Below, piece by piece: positions 52,151 to 64,000 of a stretch of DNA of 64,000 nt. Position 1 is the stretch's first letter. Every line of letters begins with the position of its first letter. The notes beneath the pieces are model-generated. The model ran no database searches and was not told the DNA's origin. It saw only the letters and a program-made list of their open reading frames with translations. Origin of the DNA: Phoronis australis (lineage: Eukaryota; Animalia; Phoronida). The position numbers and the translations under genes were made by a program. The stretch lies in NCBI GenBank assembly GCA_002633005.1, contig NMRA01000045.1:499627-563626 (forward strand). The letters are read 5' to 3'.

Positions 52151-53584
52151 ATAGTTTTATCTGTCGTATTCACACTCACAGTTAAAACTGTTGTAACCAT
52201 ATGGATTTAGTAACTAATCATCAGTGCTATCACAGTCTGATTTTCCCCTGTTACTTATGTGGTACTTTAGTGCACCATTAATATTTCCCACAAGATTTGA
52301 CAGCAACGCCACCTACAGAGTTATAACTTCTACAACTGTCGTGTTCACACTGAGTTACAATGATTATCTCTCGCTAAAGCACACTCACAAAGGGTTGCAA
52401 CAGCACTGCAGTTACAGATTTTAAAATCGGTTTTAAAGTGTCCAGAACTGGAGTTACAACCATTAAATCAGTTTTAAATTGTAACAACTTTGATGTGAAA
52501 AGAGTATATGAAGGTAGGTAAATGCAAACTTATAGGAGTTTCAGTGGATGATACCAATGTCATAAAAACAGTTTTACACTCACAACCACATGCCTCTGAA
52601 TGATCTAGCTGTGATACATGACCTTTCATAGAACATCGCTGATTTTGACAAAAAAGTGATAACAAAAATCTATTTGTAAGCTGATGAGGAAGTTGTGTGT
52701 AAAGTGCTAACAGATTACCATGTATTTGTCTGTTATTGTATTTGGACCTCATTACCTTCAGTTGTAATAAAAGCTCACCAATTTAGGACACAAAATATCT
52801 GTGGCAAATGAAATTATATTTCCTCTTTTTTCGTGGTACAAGCTAAATGGAAAGCTTTTCCATGTTAAGTAGCTACCACGAGACGATGTTTTGAAAATCT
52901 GTGGCGTTTGAATTGACATTAGAAGCACTTGACAATTTAGTAAAGTCAAGGTTTACAATAATCAAGTTGGTTCTAAATTAATATGTGTTTTGATTTCTGT
53001 ATAGTATAGTAGTACATATCACAATTTTGGCGCAGTGATAAAAACAATGAGGGTGCTTCTACAGTGGTGCGTGACGAGCCGACTGATTTTTTAAGACACA
53101 CGTTATTTATCATTGGTTGCTCAATGAGACTAAAATATGTGTGCAAATAGTCAGTGTTTCTGGTGCTGATTCACCAATTATCTCATTGAAGGTCCGTAAG
53201 AAAATATAAGCATAATGCCGGTAGCAAAAGTATTCACTTTCTTATGGGTCCTGGGAAAACTTGACTTTATGATGTATATTGTGTAAAAAGTTTCATTTTA
53301 AATAGGCTTCGCAATTTGTATTCAGTCTTTTTTTACAAAAATGCCCCACAGCACAAAATAAATTGCTGGTTTGCGTGTAAATTGTTAAGGGTTTGTCCAG
53401 TTGGGTGAAAAAGTCACGTGGCAGTTAATTAAACGAACACACAAGGCTAACTTTTGTATGTATTTAATAAGTCCACATCAAATTTTTTGAAGTATCAATA
53501 ATACCATTAAAGTATTATAATATCAGTTTCATTGTACTTTTTTATCGAATTTTGTCTCAGTCAATAAATTAACTTTGTTAAAAC

Positions 53585-54049
53585 GCCCTTTCATACTGTC
53601 TTATTTCTGGTATGAGCTGAGCCTTGATGTAACCTGCGAAGTTAATTGAACCGTTCAGTAATACCAGGTTTGGTAGTTATAAACATCGAAATAAACATTA
53701 GGTGATGCTGTCATCATCGAAGTAATCGCAAGGTAGCACTGATGCATCCCATGCACGCTAAGATTTTTGAATGTGAGAACTTTTGCCTGTTATAATTTGA
53801 CTGGTGATTAGTCAAGCAAGAAATTAGCAAATATTAGCGATGGTACTGCCCTTTAATTGTTAACGATAGTATTGGCCCCTGACAATAACTTTTCATACCG
53901 CACCGCAGCATCAAAATTCCACTGTTAAATCCACCTGCTTACTGCGAAGTTAATTGGCGCTGTTAACTTCGATACAAGACCGAAGTTAACCATTCATACT
54001 GACCGCAACTCTCCAAAACATCGACACGTGAATGTTAGTATGAAAGGGC
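53585..54049. mobile_element. 465-bp MITE (Harbinger-like termini)
   Basis: Perfect 13-bp TIR GCCCTTTCATACT / AGTATGAAAGGGC and repeated internal CGAAGTTAA. A related fragment lies near 50290-50406. Confidence 0.7.
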
Positions 54050-54465
54050 CTATGAATTCCTAAAAAAGATTTGCAAGTCTTGAAATATTTCTTTCATTTC
54101 TGTATTCATGATTTTACGTACATTTCATAATGGCGGAAAATGAAAAAACTTTTCTTTCTTGTCCAAGCAGTACAGGACACCAAAGGGTACTCGCAATGCA
54201 TATTTGCATGCGCTTGTATGTACCTCACGTGCACATCACGCCATAACCGTCTGCATTTTAATGAGCCATATTTTTTGTCAACCGTGAAGTTCTCGGATTT
54301 ATCAGATGGTGTGAAAGAAATGGTTATCAAAATTGACACAGTGCCCTAAAGTTCTTATGAACTTGCAAGGAGTTTCAGGATGCTGAGAGAACCACCTGAC
54401 ACCAATGAAATGACATGATTAGTGAATTATTGGAAACTGACTCTCATATAAATCAAAAATCAAAG

Positions 54466-54552
54466 CAATGGCTTTAGCTTATGAATGTAACATTATTTAT
54501 CAGCAAGTCAATGGCTTTAGCTTATGAATGTAACATTATTTATCAGCAAGTC
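54466..54552. repeat. 43-bp perfect tandem duplication
   Basis: CAATGGCTTTAGCTTATGAATGTAACATTATTTATCAGCAAGT twice. Confidence 0.9.
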
Positions 54553-56162
54553 TGTGGATTTAGCCAAATATATACAAAACTACAAAATTTAAATGAGTTA
54601 AGTTTATATGTTGTGAAAGAAGAAATCCTATCGAATTTAATTTTACACTTTAAACTTTCTGTCATTGTAAGGACGACATGAAACAGACCTTTTTAATGAA
54701 ATTGAGCTGAAACATGTGTGAAAGGAACATCAACACAACTTCATTAATTACTTGACTAAATTTCTTACAATGTAAATATATCAGATGAAATCTCATCAGT
54801 GACGTCACAGTTTTGTAAATTATCTTTTCTTATTTGTTTCATGCAACTTTTCAGACGGAAATTGATATTCTCGTAAAAATCAATGAACGTTAAGATGCAA
54901 CCTTTGATAGGACTCGATGCAAAAATGAATATCTTAAGCTATTCAGTATTAAAAATATGTTGCAACAACATTTTTGAGAAATAGGTGTAGTATCAAAAGG
55001 GTTCATTTTGAATGCAGTCGTTTTTGCCTAAATAGGATGTTTTGAAGTAAGCCAGATTTTGATATTTTTCCAATCGATGTCTGGAAACACATCTCTCAAA
55101 ATCAAGTTCAAGGGGTTGAGTTGATATTTTTAAGTACCTAGTAGTAAATACGGGAGTGTACTTGAAAGTACTTGTGCATAAATCATTGACCGGTAATTGT
55201 CTTTTTGTCTGCTTTGTGTCTGTCTAGGTATTATTTGTGAAAAATCATTACCTGCATGTCAGTTAGCACACATTTATTTTAGAAAGTCCACCTTCAATGT
55301 CAAATAGGTAAAAATGATTATAGTTTGTGATGAATAATTTATAGAAGCCACATTTATGACATGTTTTGTTCATTTGTTATCCTCTGACTTTTCTTCTCCA
55401 TTTTCTTTTGGCAAAGTTCAAGTTGCACCTACTGCCTCTTGCAGAAATACAACAGCTCCTAGCCTCTGATTCTTGTATATTTACCCACAGCCTTGTCGAG
55501 TGTGCCAAACATTTCTTCTCAGCTCAAATGAGTTAGTGGCCCAAACCTTTGCAAAACTAGGTCAGGCAACTATGTTTTTTATCTCTATAAAAGAGGAGAG
55601 TCATGTATTCTGGTTTGTGTAAATTGAAGTTTTATTTACTGACCAAAAAATAATTAATCCTGAAACAAGTTTGTTGCACCTTTTCTGGTGTTGACTGTCT
55701 TAAACCTGCTCTTTAATGTGTTGCTGAAGGTGGCAGTTTGGGCAGAATTCATTTCTTTTCATTGGATTTTATGTTTTACTATTGCTTTCTTGATTTCTCT
55801 TACAAAATTAGTTGATACTCTGTCCGTGGGACAGTCCTCTCCTGTCAGTCTGCAGGAGCCCTCAGTTAAGGGGCTCTGTGGTCAGTGCTGGAGATTATGG
55901 TATTTCCTTGGGAGGGATATTGGTGTGCACTCAGGACTCTCTTCTAATATGTACACTTATATAATGATGAAAATGGCAAATTTTTACCTTTTTATGTCGA
56001 ATCATGGTGTCGCCAATGCTTTGCGGATGATTCAGTATCAGAAAAAAGAGTTCAACGTTGTTATACTAAAATTACTTCATAGGATACCCACTGATTGTTG
56101 ACTCGGGCGACCTCGTGTTCTGCCTAGGTATAACTAAAAAGGATAAAATCACTTAAACCTTT

Positions 56163-56517
56163 AGTGCCACTGTGGTGCCACTGTGATGCCATTGTGGTGC
56201 CACTGTAGTGCAACTGTAGAGCCGCTGTAGAGCCACTGTTGTGCCACTGTAGTGCTATTGTAGAGCCACTGTGGTGCCACTGCAGTGCCACTGTAGTGCT
56301 ACTGTAGAGCCACTGTAGTGCCTCTGTGGTGCCACTGTAGAGCAACTGGTGCCACTGTAGAGCCACTGTGGTGCCACTGTGGTGCCACTGTGGTGCCACT
56401 GTGGTGCCACTGTGGTGCCACTGTGGTGCCACTGTGGTGCCACTGTAGAGCTACTGTAGTGCCATTGTAGAGCCAGTGTAGAGTAACTGTAGTGCCACTG
56501 TAGAGTCACTGTGTTGC
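56163..56517. repeat. 11-bp minisatellite, ~30 copies
   Basis: Unit G(T/A)GCCACTGT(G/A) with a perfect central run; explains ORFs 56124-56432 and 56255-56563. Confidence 0.95.
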
Positions 56518-58096
56518 CCCTTAAAAACATTTCTTGACCACTACAGAACATCCATCTCCACAAAAAACATCCAGTCTATTTACATGACAACCAAATGTTT
56601 CTACAAATCATTGTTTATCACTTTTGTAAAAATTGACTGCATTCTGTTCAATCAAATGTTGTCTCTCAATTTCAACTGAATGTTTGAAGTGATATTATTA
56701 TTACAAGAAAAAATAGTAAATCTAGCTTCATTGGCTAAATCTGGGAAGGCAGTGGGGATAATGAGGATATGCTGCTGAGATAGGGTGCATTTTTTCAACT
56801 TAAAAGTCTCTTTCTCACCATTTCTATATGAATTTGGTATGTAAGTGGTCATAAAAACGCGATGCTTTTTGGTTTGAAAATACCCTGCATGCTATGATTT
56901 AATGATGTGATTTTAAAAGTCACTACAGTGGAGGATGAGGTTGGGTAAAGTTTTTCCAGATGAATATGGTCCATGTTTAAAGCCCTCTTTTGACAGGAAT
57001 AGACATCATGGGGGACAACTCTAGCTCTTGATGTAAACTTGTAAAAGTTTTGGGTATCCACAGCAATGTTAGAACCCAATGAAAAGTGCATTTTTGGTAA
57101 TTATTTTTGTCCAAAATTGGTGGGATTTTAGTGTGCGTGACCAGTACAGACAACAAGACCTTGTTTAAGCTATGGAACTAATACAAGCATATCATTCAGT
57201 ACCTGAAGATGCTAAATATTTGTTTCATAATAATGAGGTTAAAAGCAGGAGACCTCATGGTGCCTTCAGCAAGACATAGTTCAGTTGTCAGAAACAATTG
57301 ATGCTTCAATTCTTCCATCGTCTGACATGAGCCTTGCTGCTTATGTCCTAAAGCGCTGTTGTTGTAATTGGAAAATTAAAAAGGGAAATTGTTCGTTTTA
57401 TGGAAAAAAACACATTTTTGGGGTTATTATTGGGTGGGGTTGACTTATTAACTTCATAGCTTTGACCACTACTGTAAAACAACAAAATCCCTTGTGTTTT
57501 TGTGATTTTGTTACAAATTGCCAATTCTTGCCGTTGTTTCCCATACATATGGTGAAATGAAGTTCTGTGACTTAAACACCACTTAAATTATGCTTAAAGT
57601 CTTTTGTTACTTATCAAATGAGATTTATGTCAGAAGGCTAGTCTATCAATGGTTCAATCGTGCAATGAGACTGATCTCTTTTCTCTGTTGATGTCCCTTT
57701 AATTAACATTCAAGCAAGATCTACAGGAAATTTTGCGAGCAGGTAGATCATTGACCCTTTGTTTTTTTTCGAAACTCGACAAATGTTCACACAGGGAAAC
57801 TGTGTTGATCAGGTAGCAACTGTCAATCAAACGACATTTTTATGAGGTAAGTTAGAATTAAAAAATGCTAACCGTGAAAGACACGCGTTTTGTAAAAGGA
57901 TTCCTACTGCACAGTCATCCTGCAATTCTTTTGATAGTCATTGATTAGTCATGTTTTTGTCAGATACTTTGTTGCCATAGATTCCAGTGTAATCTGTGTT
58001 AATCTGTATAATCACTGTATTGTTTTTAAAATATTGGCTCATTGACTTCAGCTCACTGGAGCAGCAGACGCTTCTTGTGCAACACTCGTTTGTCTC

Positions 58097-60058
58097 GCCA
58101 GAATAGTCAGGATTTTAACAAGGTTTCCATGGGAGTCCAGTGGTCAAACGCGTGAGCTAAGTCTCATTTTTAGTTAGTAGAGCATTTTAAAAGCAATTCC
58201 TAATAATACGAGCATGTTCACGGTAAGGGGTACAAAAGGGTGACATCAGTGCTTGAAATTCAAATTCAAGCTGGTAGGAAAAAATTGGTTAGTTGTTGGT
58301 AAACTACTATATTTTCAATAAGTATAAGTGAGAACATAGTTGTAATAACGAGAATATGAGAACATTTATGTTTTTCACGAAGTATGTTGTGATAACGGCT
58401 GTGACGTTGACATTTTAATTCATACAGTAAGACTGTATAAATGTGTTTCAAAAGAAATAGAATTATACAGAAGTAAGGTAGTTCACATAAAGTAGTTCAA
58501 TCAATATATAAATATATACTGCAAACATTAAAGAATATAAATGCAGAGTATGATAATGGCTGCGATGCCCAAAATGGACATTTAAAGTTTTTGTAATTGT
58601 CATCGAAACTGTTCTGTCAGGTTAGCCATGTGCAATGCACACTAATAACGAGCTTTAATTTTCTAAAAACACTAAGTACAACACAAAAACATCACCTAGT
58701 GTGGGGAAACAAAAGACAAAATGAAAGCGCTCCGAGGAGCGAACCTTGGCGAAATTAACCAAAAAGATGACGATAAAGATGATGACGAAGATGACGGCGA
58801 TGGTGGCGAGGATGAACAAAAGAAGTAATAATAACATACACATGACGAACGTATAAGTCCGAAGTCAGTAAGAAAAAGGATACAGTCGTGTGCGACACTT
58901 GGCGAAATTAACGGAAAAGAGAACGACGGAGATGATGACGAAGATGATGACGATGAAGACGAATATGACGATGGTGGTGGCGATGATGAACAACATCACA
59001 ACATTCATATGATGAGCTTAAATGTCATAAATCAATAAGAAATAGGCTACAGTCTAGTTCAATAGAAGATAAACCAACATCAATGCAGCAAGAGCGCTCA
59101 ACAAAGGAACAGCGTTATCAGAAAATATCAAATAACTCGAAAAGTAGACGTCCTAGCGAAAAATGGAAAACATCGTCTGAAAGCCCGTTCAAAATTCTAT
59201 CTAAACTGATGGTATCGCCTAATTCCGTAAACTTTTCGAAAAAAATGAAATTTTGCGTTTTTTTAAAGAAATTCAAAGTCAAATAACTCGAAAACGGTAA
59301 GTCTGAGAAAAAAATTGTTACAGGCCATTTGAAAGATTATACTTCAAAGAATCTACATGCAAAAAATCACGTCTTTTTCTCTTCCCGTTTAAAATCGCAC
59401 TCCAGACGACTGAAAGTGGGTCAACATGCGCCATATCCGAAAGCAACTTCCGGTTTTTTGGCTTTGTGTAATAGCATGTTACAAGAAACTAATACCTGTA
59501 AAAATTCGAAGGAATTGGTCTTATAATTCGCCCTCTAGAGGAGAAAACGTTTTTAGGCCAAAATCGAGGTGCGCATGCGCGATCGCCGATATTTCCGCCA
59601 TCTTTAACCGGAAGTAAACAATTTCCGGTATACTTGTAGCAAACTTCCGGTCTATTTACTGTGCCGATTCTTAACCTTTTACGTAAAAAATTGTAGCCTC
59701 CAGAAGCATTTGAACCTTTAAATGGAAACAAAATGGCCGCCACAGCCGCCATCTTGGATCCGATTTTGACGAAAAACAATAGGCTTCCAGTACTTCCGGA
59801 AGTACGTGTTATGTGCGAAATTTATTTCGCCAAGTAATGATAATGGCTGTGATTGGACAGTTTGACACAACTGTGATAACGCTGTGACGGTTGACACTAG
59901 CCAGTTAACCAATCAGTTACACGATTAGTGGGAGTAGAATGTTTTATATTGTACAACATTTTCATTTACTGCCAGAATTGTCAGGATTTTAACAAGGTTT
60001 CCGTGGATGTCCAGTGGTCTCATTTTTAGCCAGTGGAGCATTTTAAAAGCAATTCCTA
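58097..60058. repeat. Pair of ~90-105-bp direct repeats (58097-58202, 59971-60058)
   Basis: GCCAGAAT.GTCAGGATTTTAACAAGGTTTCC...GAGCATTTTAAAAGCAATTCCTA in both. An inner 25-bp direct pair lies at 58388-58412 and 59872-59896. Confidence 0.8.
58720..59840 (-). mobile_element. Helentron-associated (HINE-like) element, minus orientation
   Basis: Subterminal inverted repeat CTTGGCGAAAT (58745-58755) / ATTTCGCCAAG (59824-59834), terminal hairpin CGCTCC-GA-GGAGCG (58728-58741), internal (GAT/GAC)n tracts, and AAATAACTCGAAAA / CAAAATGGCCGCC blocks. Confidence 0.6.
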
Positions 60059-60237
60059 GTAGCATACATGTACCATTAACACTGAGTGCATAATGAATCC
60101 AAGCAGCCATTTCTGAGGTAGGCCTATGATGTTCTGAAATTAGCCAAATTTGGAATTTTCTGGAGTCCTTATTTAACCCTAAACAAGTTGAAACAGTAAT
60201 AAACCCACATTACGTCTGAGATGCAACGTTTTGATTT

Positions 60238-60492
60238 ATATCACTTAATTTTTGCAATAAAATTGGTTTCAAACTTTTACTTACTCATATGAAAAGTGAT
60301 TTCTGGGTTTGCACACAATTAGTCTGGTTTCTTTGAGATCATGCTTGGCACGTGAAAGGACGTGACAAGCCAACTTGTAGAGCCTAGTCACAAACACTAA
60401 CCAACTATCAGTTTCATTGAAGCTTTGATATCTAATCTAATTTGATGAAGGAAGAATATGAAGCCACTTTCATAATCGGTAAGTGGTCTTAA
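60238..60492. mobile_element. Diverged copy of the repeat at 2206-2421
   Basis: Same conserved blocks as 2206-2421; ends in TAAGTGGTCTTAA. Confidence 0.6.
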
Positions 60493-61016
60493 CTGTCTTT
60501 GTGATGGAAGTCGGGCAGGGTTATGGTTGCATTGATAGGCATGGGAGCAGTGTACAGTAGTGCATAGCAGTGGGACATTGTGCCCTACTTAGCGTAGCAT
60601 TGTGGGGTGAACACTACAGAATCAGATAGGGAACTGTGGTATGTGCAGGACCTGGGTATTGTATAGATTTACTGTACTAGTCATTATGATTATTGTAACA
60701 TGAGGAAACAAAACATACTGATAATAGGTATCCAGCTGGAAATGGTACCACCTGTATCTGTTGTTGAGGGAATTAGTGTTAGCTGTGGCTGCGAGCGGAT
60801 TCACTGGAGACTGCTCAGAATGACCGTCGAACTCTGGTAGTGGGTTTTTTGATTAATTTTCAACTGCAGAATCTGAGCTCTTGTGATTTGACTGCAGATG
60901 AAGGACATACATTTATGTAGCAGTTGACCATTTACATTTGGCGTCACATTATGTCAATGTCAAGCCCTCTTGTTACCTTGACCATGTCAATGTGATCGAC
61001 TTGGTCAGTGTTTATC

Positions 61017-61325
61017 ATTTCTTATTTTCACAACCAGAAAAGTGTTAGTACGTTGATAGTTTCGGCTCCTCTCAGCAGTTATCTTCCGAAGCTATTGGAC
61101 ACTAGGTGGCGTGGCGATGAGACTGTTGCAAATTTTAGATAACTTATACCCCCATCGTCTTTGTTTGTAACTAAGCTGGGACGATGGGGGTATAAGTTAT
61201 CTAAAATTTATAAGTCTCATCACCACGCCATCTAGTGTTCAATAGCTTCGCAAAATAGCTGCTGAGAGGAGCCGAAGCTGTCAAGGTACTTACACTTTTC
61301 TGGCCGGGTTGTGATAGTAAGAAAT
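61017..61325. repeat. 309-bp long inverted repeat (foldback/palindromic MITE-like)
   Basis: Arms 61017-61159 and 61180-61325 are reverse complements with about a dozen substitutions and two small indels; 20-nt loop. Confidence 0.93.
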
Positions 61326-62797
61326 ATTCTATTTGTATTCTACCAAACTTGTGAAATTATTTAGTGATATTGGTCAATGTTTGTACTCTATGAAGGATAG
61401 AAGTGAGGTCAGAAATTTCATCATGTTTCAACAAGTTGAACCATGTTGCTTCCTGTAGAGCTGTGATCTCCCCGCATTTAAGGCAGCGACGCGGTGATTT
61501 ATAAGTGTGGAGGTCAACTGCTACATGGTGCTTGAAATTGTTTTGGCCCTCCTCTGCTACTACTGCATAACTGGAGAGATATTTCATGGTTCGTGAATTA
61601 AATCTCATCACTTACTGCCAGGGAAGTGTCAAAATTCGCAACAATATGCGACGGAATGAAAGCTAGCAGGGACGTGGTGAGGTCAACAGGTGACGTGGTT
61701 GGTGATAAGTGATGGAGTCCGAACTATTGATCTGATGGAGCAGCACACCTCTGTTGCCATTTTGAGGGCTGACTGAATCTGAGGTTGTCTGTCACTTTTG
61801 TATTTTACCGCACAACCGGCAAGTTGTCTTTGAAGGCTGGTTTATATACGTGGATTGATCGATTGATAGGTAGGTCAAGTTGTTCTGATTTTGACCTTGT
61901 GATCCACTTTTCATGTGGTGCCTGATAAACATTGGGGTCAATACTTTTTTGAATGCATTGTATTTGGAGTGCCTCGAGATTTATTTCCATATTTTTAGTC
62001 AACGGCTCTATAATATTTTTATAAAGTTCTTTGAAACCAAATTCTTGAGCTTGTACTTTGAGTTCTAAAGTCAGTGAATGCTAACTTTTGGCACTTACCA
62101 ACATAAATTTCTATGTATACTGAAATACAAGTATCCTTGATCATCTTGCTATAGTGTGACAACACAAAATATCAATACTACCTGTAAGGCAGTCAGTTCA
62201 ATTGGGAGTTCCGACTTTGAATTTCGAGACATGGGTCTTTATAATTAGGTAAGTAAGAAAATCTGCTGAAGGAGGCCAGTGGGACAGAAACGCAAACAAA
62301 ATGATATTGCAAATTTTCTTCAATTTACTAATTGCCTTGTAGCAAAAATTCAGACTTTCTTGAGGTGGCAGCTCTCAATTTTGCTTCATATTAACAACAC
62401 AATAAGACAAAAATTAACAACTAGTAGGCATGTTAACTAAATCCTTATAGACATTACTTTATGTAACGTACATAATTACTAAGTGCTTCTTTGTTCTTCA
62501 TAGTAAAACCAGTTTATCTTAATGTCTTATATTCACAGGAAGGTTTGTTAATTAAGATGGCCATTATTTGTGTCTGTGTTATGTAAGTAGATTGAATCAT
62601 TACTTGTTGTAAAGTAACGATCAGTTGACGATCTTACTGAACTTCTACTTGTAGAACATGAACTGTATTTGTCTTGGTACTGTTTCATATTTATCGTTGT
62701 TGGCGCCTGCAGGGCATTGATTGCTGTTTTATGAGATGCAGATTGTTAAATTGATGCTGTAAGGGGTATTTTTTGATAAATCTCGTGTCTTTCCCCA

Positions 62798-63305
62798 AGT
62801 CAGTCAGTGGGTCCGTCTGTCAGTCCATTTGTTAGACAGTCAGAGTGTCAGTTCGTCTATCAGTAATAGTCCGTTAGTCCATCTTGTAGTCATTCAGACT
62901 GTCAATCTGTCAACTCTGTTAGTAACAGTCTGTTAATCCATCTGTTAGTCAGTTAAAGGTCAGTCCATCAGCTCTGTTAGTAACAGTCCGTTAGTCCATC
63001 AGTCATTCATACTGTCAGTCCGGCAGCTCTGTTAGTAACAATCTGTAAATCCATCTGTTAGTTAGTTAAAGCGTCTGTCAGTCTGTCAGTATTAGTCCAT
63101 CAGTCCATCTGTTAGTCCATCAGAGTGTTAGCCCCTCTGTCAGTAATAGTCCGTCAGTCCATTTGACAGTCAGTTAGTCCGTCAGTGTGTCGGTCAGTCA
63201 GTCAGTCAGTTTGTCTGCCAGTGTGTTAGTCTGTTAGTCATTCTGTTGGACTGCCAGTCAGTCCGTCAGTCAGTGAGTCCACCAGTCCATTTATCTGTCA
63301 GTTGG
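62798..63305. repeat. Degenerate (GTCA/GTCT/GTCC)n simple-repeat tract
   Basis: Recurring CAGTCCATCTGTTAGT-like words. Confidence 0.85.
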
Positions 63306-64000
63306 TATGGGTCTGTTATTCTTCTAGTCATTCCTTCTCCCTTTATTTGTTGTATATTCTTCAAATTTTGTCTACAGGAGGACTTGCCACTTAAATTACT
63401 CCTACATATAAGAGCGCAAATAGGATGCTTCTTGTTTGAAGTGGCTAAAGTGCCTTTTCGTCAGAGGTCCATTGTGTTTTCTCATGAAAATTCTATCCTA
63501 AGCTTTGTATGAGCAGTATGTTAATTGTAAACCACCATATTGTGACACTTGGGCATGCGTCATACTTGGTGATAAAACTTTTTGCACGATTTGTTTGCAG
63601 CGAATATACCATTACTGTTAATGAGGTCTCAGGCAGACCAATTGATGGTGTCGCTACATATAGTCGATCCACCATTAAATTTCAGCATCAGTTGAGATTA
63701 CTCACAAACAGTGCATTGCAGTGCCAGTTCGCAAGTGTATAGCAAGTATTGGACGATAGCTTATTCAGATATACTCTGCGTCTTGTTGTTTCCGGTCAAA
63801 TCTAAAAACCAAACTCTGAGTATTTAAATTGTCCATTATGTAAATTGTGACTGCAGTCCGTGCCTGTTTAGTTTCTTTGGTGTAAACTTACTGAAATGCA
63901 GGTAAAGGTGTTAGAAATCAATATCGTGTAATTTTGCTATTTGCAGTTGATGGCATGGTTGCAACTCCACTGAACCGTACTGGAAACAATTGATCGAAAG

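Noticed and set aside
56124-56563. Repetitive 102-aa ORFs (APQWHHSGTTV)n
   Set aside because: Translation of an 11-bp minisatellite; no splice or homology support.
61050-61285. Minimal hammerhead ribozyme (CTGCTGA-GAGGAGCC-GAAAC) in the palindrome arms
   Set aside because: The core deviates from CUGANGA, the other arm has GAAG, and I could not build stems I and III.
61357-61611. ORF with HTYKSPRRCLKCGE resembling a C1 (PKC-type) zinc-finger fragment
   Set aside because: The remaining C1 Cys/His ligands are absent and there are no convincing splice sites or neighbouring exons; likely chance.

Overview
Eukaryotic (animal, probably marine invertebrate) genomic DNA with GT-AG introns, not prokaryotic; most entries in the ORF track are spurious. 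1-9.6 kb (+): the last 15 exons of an EMAP/EML-family (HELP + WD40) gene whose start lies left of the window. 11.3-29.8 kb (-): a complete, convergent, ~15-exon UTP3/SAS10 gene. Its 5' end is unusual (three ATGs, two donors, two microexons), and intron 7 holds a 34-nt antisense copy of the exon-6 splice acceptor. Its introns also carry a tRNA-derived SINE with a 15-bp TSD, a 5'-truncated LINE nested in a MITE, and two ~2.4-2.5 kb TA-flanked non-autonomous DNA transposons. Comparing those two copies reveals tiny palindromic insertions with target duplications. 31.5-64 kb: probable first exons of a divergent gene, then ~32 kb with no coding exon I could identify. This part holds MITEs, Helentron-like elements (one with a ~150-bp-spaced array of CTCF-like motifs), a 309-bp palindrome and minisatellites. 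The two apparent tandem duplications at single 'n' bases (25089, 43907) are most likely uncollapsed haplotype overlaps. Everything here was read by eye; no searches or alignments were run.
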